DNA of 64,000 nt from the human T2T-CHM13v2.0 reference genome, Homo sapiens. The position numbers and the translations under genes were made by a program. The number at the start of each line of letters is the position of its first letter. Within the stretch, counting starts at the first letter, position 1. Under the pieces are notes generated by a model, which was given only the letters and a program-made list of their open reading frames with translations, searched no databases and was not told the origin of the DNA. The DNA lies in NCBI RefSeq assembly GCF_009914755.1, contig NC_060927.1. The stretch is one strand, 5' to 3'. Below are positions 1-12,922 of this stretch, one piece after another.

Positions 1-34
1 CTATGTTAAGTTCTTAACTTTCATTTACTAATGA

Positions 35-419
<385 letters not shown>

Positions 420-425
420 CGCTTT

Positions 426-779
<354 letters not shown>

Positions 780-1742
780 TAAAGGTGAAATTAATTTTTA
801 AAATATTTTAACTCAATATAACCAAAAGATTAGCATTTCAATATGAAAATCAATATAAAATTGAGATATTTTACATTGTTTGTGCCAAGTCTTCAAAATA
901 CAGTTTGTATTTTTTCCATTTACAGCACCTCTCAATCTGGACTAGCCACTGTTGAGGATGAAAACATGCCTTCAGGTAGTTCTGCCTCATGGCTAGGCCG
1001 GGGGCATTTTTCAGTCTTTGATTTTGCTTCTGTATGGAGTAGGAGAAAGAAGATGATTGCCTGGGAATTCTAGAAGGAGAATGGAATATATAAAAAGCAT
1101 GGACTAAGGTGCTGAGATATAATATTACCTCTCCACCTCAAATTGATGTCTGTTACTTAACACTAAGTCTTAATTAGTACATTTTTCATTGAGTGGCCTT
1201 GGGAATTCATCTTTCTTGTAAACCTGATCCTTAACTCTGCTCTTATTTTCTTCCTGTGATTTATTCTGGCAAAGAAGCTGATCTTTGGCAACAATTGCTG
1301 AGTCTAAGGCCTGGCAGGGTCCTAGAAATGTTTGCAATTGTGGAGCATTGGTTTCTCCTGCCAGTGCTTTTGAAATACAAAGACTAAGAGAAGTCTCAAG
1401 GAGGAAAGTGCCCAGAAACCAGGGCAGCATCTGAACTGCATCACTCACCTGTTGAGGCTGGGAAGAAGCTGTGACATGGAGACAAGAAGTGCTCATTTGG
1501 GCCTGGGTGGGTAAGAGGGGAACTCAACGTGGAAGGTGAGAGAAAGTTGCTGTTTCAGGAGGGTATTGCTGCAGCTTTCAATGATGTTCATGGCTGTATG
1601 CTGAGGCCACATGGAGGCGATTAAGGCCTGGTAGGCCAGCAACTCAATAAGGCCTCACTTAGCCAATGAGGTTGCCTCAGATAGGGACCTCAGCTCTTTA
1701 AAGCTGCATTCCTTCAAGGAATTGTGTTGAGCCCAGAGGCAT

Positions 1743-2168
1743 TATTTTTACTGAAATATAATTTATATACAGTGAAGTTCATTTTAGTATACAGTTCTAT
1801 GGTGTTCTATATGTAACACCTCCTCCCAAATTCTCATGCCCCTTTATGGACAATCTCCTACTCCCACTCCTGATCCTTGGAAATCACCAATCAATTTTCT
1901 ATCCCTGCAGCTTTGCCTATTCCAGAAAGTTCTATGAATGGATTCGTAGAGTGTGCAGCCTTTTGACTCAAGGCATTTTTCACACAGCCTAATGCTTTTA
2001 AGATTTATTCATGTTGTTGTGGGTATTACTAATTTGTTCTTTTTATTGCTGGCTAGTATTTCACTGTATGGATTTCCCACTTTTCTTTATCACTAGCTGA
2101 AATATGTTTGGATTGCTTCCAGTTTTTGACAATCACAAATAAAGCTGTAGTAAACATTTGTGTACAAA
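1743..2168 (-). mobile_element. Old L1M (L1MB/ME-like) 3' end fragment
   Basis: ttttactgaaatataatttatatacagtgaa ... gattgcttccagtttttgacaatcacaaataaagctg, typical of an L1M 3'UTR. Confidence 0.7.
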
Positions 2169-2259
2169 ACCCAGAAGCATTCTAATTTTAATTTAATCAA
2201 TTCTGTATTTCCACAACACTTCAATTACATGTTATACTGGCCTCCCCAATGTGTCAAAT

Positions 2260-2556
2260 TATATATATATACATATATATGTATATATATATATGTATAT
2301 ATGTATATATAGGTATATATGTATATATATGTATATATGTATATATGTGTGTATATATGTATATATGTATATATATGTGTATGTATATATGTATATATGT
2401 ATATATATGTATATGTATATATGTATATATGTATATATGTATATGTATATATGTATATATGTATATGTATATATGTATATATGTATATATATGTATATGT
2501 ATATATGTATATATGTATATATATGTATATATATGTATTATGTATATATGTATATA
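2260..2556. repeat. (TA)n/(TATATG)n compound microsatellite, ~300 bp
   Basis: Seen directly; it produces the spurious Y/I/H/T/C/V/M ORFs on both strands. Confidence 0.97.
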
Positions 2557-3489
2557 AATACACATGCACACATATGTAAATAACATGCATACCCATATAC
2601 ACCTGCTAAAAATATGTAAAAAGATTAAAATATTTTTCATCATTGATTTTATAACATTTAGTCCAGGATCAGCAACAGCTAACCATTTGGGGTTTTTAGC
2701 TCATTCATTAGATTTTTTTTCCTCAAATATTCCTTTCCCAACTGATATTCACACAAACCAGTAATATTATAAATGCTTCCCTTTCGTTTCATTCCATATC
2801 ACATTCATCTTATTTGCTAACCCCTGTGCTGCTCTAGACTGAGAGCTGAGATGTTCAATCTTGATGATTTACAGCTTTTTGTTGATGTTCCAGTGGAGTA
2901 AAGAAAAACTAGAGGACCCTCAGAAAGAAGTACTTTATGTTTTACCCAGGAAACTATTGGTACATCTGGTAGATTTCACTTTAAGTACTTTTCACTGAAC
3001 ACAAATCCAGGATTCCTATCTTTTCTAGATATCCAAAAAGAATGACATTGAAAAGTGCTATTATTGTCAGGCCAGCCAGTTGGTTAGGATGAAGACAAAA
3101 GCTTCCCCACTGGTCAGAGGCCTAAGTATCTTTAGTTTTGCTCTAGAAGAAAAATCGGCAATTGAGCTGAAATAAGCATACTTTACAAAATTCACATCTC
3201 ATGTGTGAAGACCACAGGGCATAGACTGTGGATGTCTTGACAGCTGGAAATATTTCCTTGGATTTGTCCCACCCTACCAGTACTCAGCGCATTATTTCCT
3301 GACTGCTTAATGGAGGGGGAGGATTCATCAGAGATAAGGATTTTCTTCTTCTTTTGTTTGTTTCTGTACCTAATCATTGGGTTCCTGTTAGGCATTTTTG
3401 AGTGTCGGAGGGCAGAAACTCTGATTAGAAGTGACTCAGACTTGACCTTAAGTGTTTAGAAAAAAAAAAAAGAACAATGATAATTGATT

Positions 3490-3730
3490 CCATCTATTCA
3501 ACATTTGCTCCTTGCCTGATGTTGTGCAGAGCACTATGTATTAATTAGAATATTTATTACTCACAACACCAACCCCATAAATTAGATACTATTATCCTTC
3601 TTACACAGATGAGAAAATTGAAGCTCACAAATACAATGGCTTACTTAAGATGGTGCAGCTAGTATATTTAAGAGCCAGAACTGGAAATAATTGTATTTGA
3701 CTTGCTGTTAACCATCACATTTTATTGCCT
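3490..3730 (-). mobile_element. MIR
   Basis: attatccttcttacacagatgagaaaattgaagctcac MIR core. Confidence 0.65.
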
Positions 3731-6603
3731 GTCAAGTCTGTCCAGTATCCCCATGACTTTCTTGTCTGTAGGTAACAGTGGAATTGATGTGACCTACTTG
3801 CTGGACTGAATATTTTGATTTTATCTTATGTCCTTATGCATGGACATAGCCCCTACTATGACATTCTATGGAGTGCACTTCTTTTCTATTCTGTATTTTC
3901 CCCCAAACGCTTTGCTTTAAAGGCATTTCATTGAACCCTAGATATTAAATAGATTCTGGTTGAGAGATTCTTTTAGGTTAAATCGTCACAAAGAACTTTC
4001 TTTTAGACACACAGCTGGCATTTGATTTCTGAAGTTACCATGGATTGAATGCTGATTTCAAAAGGAGCCAGAAAAGCGAAGGTAAAGTGTATAGGCTGAG
4101 AGCTTTGATGTGCCAGAAACCATGAAGGATATTTTGTAAAACTTCACTTGCTCTTCTCAACATTTTCAGTACATTTTATCAATCCTATTTTACAGGTGAG
4201 GAAACGGAAACTCATGAAAATAAAGAAACTCATCCAAAGTTTCTCTGCAAATACATGGTGAGATCATGATATAGACTGGTGTTTCTCTTTTTAATTTCTC
4301 AATCTTTCCCTACATCAAGCTGTTTCCTGAATTAGAGAAAGGATATTGACTCTAACTTCTTTGTGATACTATCATGAAAGGAGTGGCAGCATTTTGAAGC
4401 CAGCTCCCTAAGCATTCTAAAAGATGTATCTGTTTTCTGAGATGAGAGAATACTGGGAGCTGGATGTGTTTTTAGTTTAGCCCAAGTGTAATGATATCAA
4501 TGGGCTGTCTCAACAAAAGAAGCAAAATGGGCAGAGAAGAGCTTCGTGGGGAGAGGTAAATCTAGATGTACCCAGGCAGTGCCATTCCTGTTTAATCTGG
4601 AAATTACACCTGGAAATGTATTTTGTATGGATTAGGTTCTGAAATTAGCTACTAAGTAGAATATAGCATAGAGCCAAAATTATCCTTTAAACTTCCCTAA
4701 AAAAGAGAAATAAGGACTGAACAACTGTCTCAAGATTCTCCTTAGCCTGTTTATGCTTCAATATTGTAACAGATCACTTTTTCTTCAGTTGATTATAAGA
4801 TAAAGAATATGTCTTGAGGGAAGGGGCCATGTTGCATGAACATTACCTTTCTTGAAGTGTCTGCAAGATGTGTTCACCAGCAAAGGCATCATATTTAGTT
4901 CTGCTAGCTCAAAGTCATTCTGGGCAAAGTCATCTGTACTGGTGCCATCTTTCTTTCTGCCTTTACCTATCACATTGTCTGAAAGGCTGCTGCTTAGGTA
5001 CAGAATCATGTCTGCAAAATATGTGTCTCTGTGGGACAGACAGCAATGACAAGGCAAGCTGAAATCTACTTCCATAAATGCATTAATAAGGATCACTAGT
5101 AGGATAACACTATAAAGAGTGGAGACAGCAAAACATGATTTTCCTGCCTTAAATGTGTGGTACTGATTGGGAGATATCTTTCTACCTGCTTTATATTTAC
5201 AGATACTTGATGGAAGGGAAGGAGATAGAATAAAAAACAAAAGCCAAGGGAGATATTTTTCAGAGTCATTTAAAAAAATCTTACTGTTTAAAACATTTTA
5301 AAATGTTTTGTTGTTTAAAAGAAAAAAATTACACCAAAAATAAAGAATTTACAATAAATACATGAAAGTGTCAAGAGGAATTATTTTTTGATAATTTCAA
5401 GAAAATTATATATGTGGAACAGAGATAACCAGAACATAAAACTTGAATTATAGGCTACTATTTTTACTATTTACAAATTTACCCTTCCCCCCTTTTTTTC
5501 TACTGAATTGGTTACTTTCACTCACAAAAAGAGGTATGTACTGGTTGAGATTCTTGAATTAGTTAGAATGCCTTTTTGATAATCTTTATATTAACTATTA
5601 ATATCTAGATTCAAATGCTGCCAGGAGTTCAGTAAGTTTTTTAAAAACCCCAGAATATATATTCAAAAGAAAGTGGGCCTGGGATTGAACACCTCTGATC
5701 TCCTTCCAGCTGTGTGATAGGATCAGCTGTGTGGTTTTGGCCCGTTCTCTTTGGCTATCTGGACCTTAGTTTTATTTATGAGCAAAATGAGCATTTTAAA
5801 CCAAATGACTCCTAGATTCCTTTCCAGGTATAACATTCTCTGTATTGGTGATAATGACCAACATTTTGAAGTTTGGGTATATATGTTTCACATCACATTT
5901 GAATATGCCATGTTTTTTAAAGTGGTGTTTTAAAAATGGTTCATAAATATTTTCTCCACACCCTGCTTGCAGAATTGCTTCAGGGAAGATCTCTCAAATG
6001 ATGCCCAGATGGGAGAAGAGAAGGGGAAGGGAGATTTGAGCTTCAAAATAACCATCACTTCACAGATTGTCAGCAGTTATCCCTCAGTGGGCCGTGAACA
6101 CAGGCAAGAGGAAAATTGCAGAGCAAACTTTAAACTAAATATTGGGTAGAATTTCCTGGCTCCAAAAGTGGGGTGAGGATATGAAAAGATTATTTTTAAA
6201 AACCTCTCTGCCCTGAATTTTCAAAAGTGAATTATTTAGAATGTTAACAGGTAATCCCAACTATGTTTGGTTTGGGTTTGGCCCAAGGATATTTCATAAT
6301 CAAACACATTTGAGCATTGGAGCTATGCTCTTTCTTTATCGCAGGACTTCCTAGAGATTTTAACATGTTAAAACATGTTTTGACTCCCCAAGAAAGAAGA
6401 AAGCTCCCAAGGGACTTAGAACTTCCAAAATTTACTTGACCATGGAATGTTTTCCAAAACAGACTTCTCAGAACTTGGGTTTCTTGGAACACAGTTTGGG
6501 AAACTTTGTTTTAGCTGTCCAGTATTAATGAATACAGAAAATTTGATTTCTTTAATCTATGGTAGCTGGAAAGAAAAATGTGATCTAATTGGGTAGCTAT
6601 TTT

Positions 6604-6655
6604 GGTTCTTTGTTTTTTTCAATTTTTAATTATAAATATAAATACATATATATAT

Positions 6656-6687
<32 letters not shown>

Positions 6688-7131
6688 TTGCCACGTTTAA
6701 GTCTTGGGTGAGTTTTTAAAAACAAGCATCTATACCAGTGTTGGGGGTGAGGATGTGAGGATGAGAGAGGACAGTGGGGCAGCAGAAATATTAGGATTCT
6801 AATCTATTGAAAATAAAGCTCCAGGTCCATCCCATCATGGATTTCATGGTCCCCCAGAATCGTGTGGTCCTTAAAAATCATGTACCATTTCTTCAGGATA
6901 ATCTTTTTACAATGGGTGACAGCTTGGGCTGCAATCAGCTTCTTACGGTCTCTTAAGGTCTCCAGTGGCGTCATCTATGTTGCATTTAACATGGACCTGA
7001 AGCCCAGACAGTTGTTGCAAACAACCTCCATCATCCTAGCTAAAGCTCAAATCACCTTGAATCTGCCAATGCCACAGATTCCTCACCCGAGTGCTGAACC
7101 CCGGTCGCAGTCAACGCTGGGAACCGGAAGC
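6604..7131 (-). pseudogene. UBL5: UBL5 (ubiquitin-like 5/Hub1) processed pseudogene; former CDS 7034..6804
   Basis: Minus strand translates, across frameshifts, [71 protein letters not shown], against UBL5 [73 protein letters not shown]. Intronless, with UTRs, decayed A-rich tail and degenerate TSD tgggtagctatttt (6590-6603)/tgggtgactatttt (7132-7145). Confidence 0.93.
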
Positions 7132-7300
7132 TGGGTGACTATTTTGAGACATCAATGATTTGGAATGTTGGTGGCCTATCATTCTTGCCTCCTTCCAATT
7201 CATTCACTAAAGAAGTCCAGGTGACCTTTTCTAAAGGTGAATCTGATCCTCTCACATGCTACCTAGACACTACTGCCTCATTGCTTAAAAGTGTTCTTTG

Positions 7301-7619
<319 letters not shown>

Positions 7620-7724
7620 CTATTGCTCTTAAGAGAATCACCTTTAATAAGATCATCAAGACCTTGTGGGGCCTGGCCTGCTCTACTCTCCAACCTGGTT
7701 TAACATCAGCCTACCTCACCCCCA

Positions 7725-8162
7725 TGTTACTTTCCTGGGGCTACTATAACAAATTGCCACAAACCAGGTGGATAAAAAACAACACAAATGTATTTCCTCA
7801 CAATTGTAAAGACTACAAGTCCAAAATCAAGATGTTGGGAGGGCCATGTTCCCTCTGAAGACTCTAGGGTTGGGGTCCTTCTTTGCCTCTTCCAGCATCC
7901 CCAGGCATTCCTTGCTTGTGGAAGCACAACTCAGACCTCTCCCTACATCTTCATGTGGCCATATTTCCTCTGTGTGTCTCTACCTCCTTTTCTTATAAAG
8001 GCACTGGTCTTATTGGATTAAAGGCCCACCCTACTCCAGCATGATCTCATCTTAATCAGTTCTATCTGTAATGACACTATTTCCATATAAGGTCACATTT
8101 TGAGGTACTGGGGGTTAGGACTTCAACTATCTTTTTAGAGGGATACAGTTCAACTAGTAACA
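7725..8162 (-). mobile_element. MLT1 (MLT1C-like) MaLR solo LTR
   Basis: tataacaaattgccacaaacc ... aagtccaaaatcaagatg ... ccatataaggtcacattttgaggtactgggggttaggacttc. Confidence 0.8.
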
Positions 8163-8270
8163 ACACATTTGCTCTCTCCTTTAGTAGAAGTCTTCATCGA
8201 CTTCTTGAATTACCTAGATTCTTCGCTACCACAGCCTTACCTAAGATCTTTGCAAATACTCCTCGAGTGA

Positions 8271-8573
8271 TTTTTTTTTTCTTTTTTTTGAGACAGTCTC
8301 GCTCTGTCACCCAGGCTGGAGTGCAGTGGCACAGTCTAGACTCACTGCAACCTCCACCTCCTAGGTTCAACTGATTCTCCTGCCTCACTCAGCCTCCTGA
8401 GTAGCTGGGACTACAGGCATGCACCACCATGCCCGGCTAATTTTTGTATTTTTAGTAGAGATGAAGTTTTGCCATCATGGCCAGGCTGGTTTCAAACTCC
8501 TGACCTCAGGTGATCTGCCCACCTCAGCCTCCCAAAGTGCTGAGATTACAGGCATGAGCCACTACGCCCAGCC
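8271..8573 (-). mobile_element. Alu (AluSx-like)
   Basis: Poly-T + gagacagtctcgctctgtcacccagg ... tgacctcaggtgatctgccc ... acgcccagcc. Confidence 0.92.
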
Positions 8574-9681
8574 AGAGTAATTCTTTCTCTGTTGACTCTG
8601 ACTGTTCCCTCACCTCTGTTTCACCATCCTTTTCTGACCTCTATAACGGGGTCATTTCCCTACTTTATATATTTTGTAGCATCCCCCAAATTTATTCAAC
8701 AGACCTTGCCAGACTTGTAATTTTATACTATGTGTGTGATTATTGTTTTTGTGTTTATCTTTCTCACCTTCCTTTTTCACAGACAGGGGCCATGTCAGTT
8801 TTTGCATTCTATTGTATCCCTAACACTTAGCAGACAGTACCTGGGAAAGCTTAATGAAAATGATCCCTTAATATTTTTTGCAGTAACATTTTTGAATATG
8901 CAAACAAATCAATAAATTTCAGAACTTTTCCAAGCAGATGTCCCTACCTGTCCAAAATATTCTCTTCTACCATTTTCATGTAACACCAATTCTACCTTTT
9001 CATGTAATACTTAGCCTAGTGCCTAAAGTGAAGCAAACAAAAACTCCCTTTGTATGATATATTCCCCATCACTTATAGGGAGAAGGGTGCCTCTGAAATT
9101 TTGGAGTTGCTGTTAAACCCCTGTCACTGTTAAAGTTGGCTCTCGCCAAACAATGAAATCATCGTCACACTGCTCTGCTGCTGAGTGAAAGCTCATTGAC
9201 ATAGCCCTTTGTAGAATGTCTATATTCTTCCCTTGACAGGCACTTGGAAAGAAAACCTGTATTATTCAGCTGATCTCTGAGAATAACTGAGCTCTGTTTG
9301 TGAAACTGGCTTCATATTTTCATAACCTGTACGCACGATAGCGCTCTCTACTTTGTTACCTGCTGATAGGAGTATGCAAAGTATTACTTGCCTCAGTTAG
9401 AAAATACCCTTATCTGAAATATGATGTTGCACATCTTTTTATGGAAATAACTGGACATTTCTGGCCATGAATCCCCAGAGCATGTTAAATACAGCGGTGA
9501 AAATCTACTGAAGAAGTTTTTTTTCCAGGATGAAGTTTTGACAGTTCTGTTGGTTCAGGAAGTTTATAGCAAGGAAAGGATTCCTCAGAAACGATGCTGG
9601 TTTTCTTCTGTTTTCCCCTCTATAGAAGACCCTCTGTCAAATTTGTAGCCCCTGTTCCTTTTTTGCTTGTATGCAATCTAG

Positions 9682-9820
9682 TCCTGTGTTTCTCAAACTG
9701 TGACCCACTTACAACTGAAGTTCTCCTCAGACTTACTTAGGCTTTCTGAGACGGGAAAATTCTCATTTTTAATAAGATCTATGGGGGATTCTTAGGTGCC
9801 CTAAAATTTAAGAACCACTT
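9682..9820. mobile_element. MER5A-like MITE
   Basis: tgtttctcaaact ... tttaataag ... ggattctt ... aaatttaagaaccact termini. Confidence 0.55.
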
Positions 9821-9916
9821 GCTTAGAATTACCAGTTTAGCGGGGGAAAGGCTCTGAAAAAGATTTCTCCAGGGGACATTTGTGAACATATCCCAATAGA
9901 AAAATCACACAATATA

Positions 9917-10211
<295 letters not shown>

Positions 10212-11619
10212 TTAAATTTTGCATTATATGACATAAAGCTTTTTGAATGTGACATAGAGATGTATTCAAATTTAGATGTGAAAAGGCATGAAAAGTATAA
10301 TGGACATGTCAGTCACTTAGCATTCCTTGCCTCTCCTTGTGTGGACAGCATAACACATGGGCCATTGATCCTAGCCATAGCTAATGGTACTAGAAGTAGA
10401 CACCTGAGCTGGGCCAATCAAATTCTCTATTCTAGAAGATTGAAATTAGGTCAAGAGCAGAAATTAGGGTTATGAGAATCTGGGGCTGTGCCTGGAGTTG
10501 TTGTTATGGCTATTATCTTGCTCTAATTGCCTAAAGTAGAGAAAATGGTTCTGCAGAAACAGAACAGAATGAAGTTGACGTGCATGCATAAAGAGAAGCA
10601 CCAGGCTCTCAGGGAGAAGGAGAGAGGAAGTTTGGTTCCTGATGTTTCAGGTCCTATTGGCAATGTGCAGTATTTTCTGGTAAAGGAATTATACTTAGTT
10701 CTTGTATTCTTGTCATTCTTTTAACCCAAGTTATAGCTAGTAAAAGTGCAGAATTTAATGGGTGATGAATGAGGTGGGAAGGCTGGAGGATCAACAAATT
10801 TCACTGAGTGTTTACATTCAGTGACGTGTGCTGGGACCCACGTCAGCTTGACACATACTCAGATGTTCTGACTCAATATTAATTTTCCTCTATAAAGCAT
10901 TCTGGCATGATTTCTCCTGTCATTTTATCTGATAATGCTAATTCTCTTACAAGTAGATTTGAAATCAAGAACCAGAGCAGGTGGATTTAATCTTTGGTTT
11001 GACTAGCTCATGAAGGTATTGTCACCAAAGGGAAAATGACTCATAGGAAACATTTGTCACTAACATGATTGAACAATTTGGTAAGTATTCATGAGTACAT
11101 TTTATGTACTAAGAACAACTTCTTTATATGGACTTATCTAAAATAAGTCATCTTCTGTATCCTTCTAAACAAAATCACAACACAATAGTCATAACTCAGT
11201 ATAATATGAATCATGAGGCTCTACAAGGAACAGAACTCTTGAAAGTCAAATATTTCATTAGAAAGGAAAACTCTGAGATACTAGAATGAAAAGGAAAGTC
11301 ATCTTCTCGTCTTTCTAACCCCAATAACAGAAAATCTCCTGTCCAGTTACCATCTGCTGCATTTTTTTAAAAAAAATGAAAGAAAATATTTTGATGTAAA
11401 TCTCAGAATCAAGCATGTTGCACTTTAATGAACCTAAAATAATATAAAACCCAAGAGGCTTCTTCACTGCTCAGCTCTAGTAAGATGTCCATTCTCTCCA
11501 GTTATTTGAGAAAAGCCAATTTGGTATTCATCCTCCTAGAAGAGTACTTCAAAGAAGATCTTGGTTTTGAGATGGTCAGAAATAAATAAATAATAAATTT
11601 TTCATTAATTCTACGTGCA

Positions 11620-11652
11620 AACACACACACAAACACACACACACACACACAC
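11620..11652. repeat. (CA)n microsatellite
   Basis: Seen directly. Confidence 0.9.
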
Positions 11653-11658
11653 TCACAG

Positions 11659-11741
11659 AGTCAATAACTTCCAGAATATACTTCTGAAAGTCAGTAACTT
11701 CCAGAATATACTTCTGAAAGTCAGTAACTTCCAGAATATAC
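11659..11741. repeat. 30-bp tandem repeat x2.7 (agtcagtaacttccagaatatacttctgaa)
   Basis: Seen directly; near-identical copies with period 30. Confidence 0.95.
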
Positions 11742-12703
11742 ATCTCTTCCATAGTAAAGAGATGGTTGTGTTAATTAGCCTCTCACTTAGAGTGATGCCC
11801 TTCTTTGAATTAAAACTTCATCAGCATAGATACTACTACAAGACCCAGTTATTTTATGATTGGAGTGAGGTTTAAATTGTTTGGGAAAGATTAACTGCTC
11901 TGCCTCCTGAATTGGGGTATGAGGAAAGATGTGGGCTTCTGCTGCTCCTCCTGAGAACTCCCTGATGCTGCTGTCAAATCTGGCACAGAATGAGTGAGCA
12001 TTTCTCACTCTGGGGCACATATGGTCTTCTAATGTTGCTGATGCTTCATTTATTTTAAAAGGCCATCCTACCACAGTCATCTGGTTTGTCCTCTAGGAAA
12101 CAAAGCCGTGTCTGGCATTTTTAAAAGTACTTTCCCACAGAACTCAATCTAAATGTTTTGGAGATGTCTGGTATTGATTCTTCTAGATAGGACTAGCAAG
12201 GGTTTCTCAAATACTGTTCCAGGAGATGCTGTGCTGAAAGAGAATTCTGTACTCAAATAGGTTTGGGAAGGCCTGCAAACTCTGTTTCTCTCTTGGGGGA
12301 TCACAACCCTTGTTGCAGAGACTGTAAGCTCCGTGAAGTCAGAGACCATGTCTTTCAAAGTCATCCTATATTCCTGGGCTCGGCACAAGATTGGCATAGC
12401 CGGTTAGTAAGAAACATTGATTTGGTAGAATACTAAAGGCTCTGAGAAATCCCTCAATAAAGAAATCTATTTACCTTTTACAATGTACTACTTCCCTCAA
12501 AGGTTTGACTATAGAAATCTTTTGTTTTTTAAGGTGACACTTTTATAGTATCCACAGGATACAATTCCCAGGTCATTGTCACTCCATTCTCCTCTAACGT
12601 TTACCTTATTCCTTGATGAAAAGAATGAAAAAAAATGTATAAACTCATCATCATTAAAAACATATCACTCATCTGGAAATATAGGCATCCTTTTATGTTT
12701 TAA

Positions 12704-12922
12704 ACCATCCTGGCTAACACAGTGAAACCCCGTCTCTACTAAAAATACAAAAAACTAGCCGGGCGAGGTGGGGGTCGCCTGTAGTCCCAGCTGCTCAGAA
12801 GGTTGAGGCAGGAGAATGGCATGAACCCGGGGGGCGGAGCCTGCAGCGAGCAGAGATCGCGCCACTGCACTCCAGCTTGGGTGACAGCGAGACTCCGTCT
12901 CAAAAAAAAAAAAAAAAAAAAA
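12704..12922 (+). mobile_element. 5'-truncated AluY (AluYe-like)
   Basis: accatcctggctaacac, ggcgaggtgg, cccggggggcggagcctgcag, gacagcgagactcc; A21 tail. Confidence 0.88.

Noticed and set aside
2225-2643. Five overlapping Y/I-rich ORFs
   Set aside because: Translation of a TA-rich microsatellite
4785-5240. 151-aa minus-strand ORF
   Set aside because: Non-ATG start, no recognisable domain and no convincing exon boundaries
6862-7158. 98-aa + strand ORF
   Set aside because: Antisense shadow of the UBL5 pseudogene
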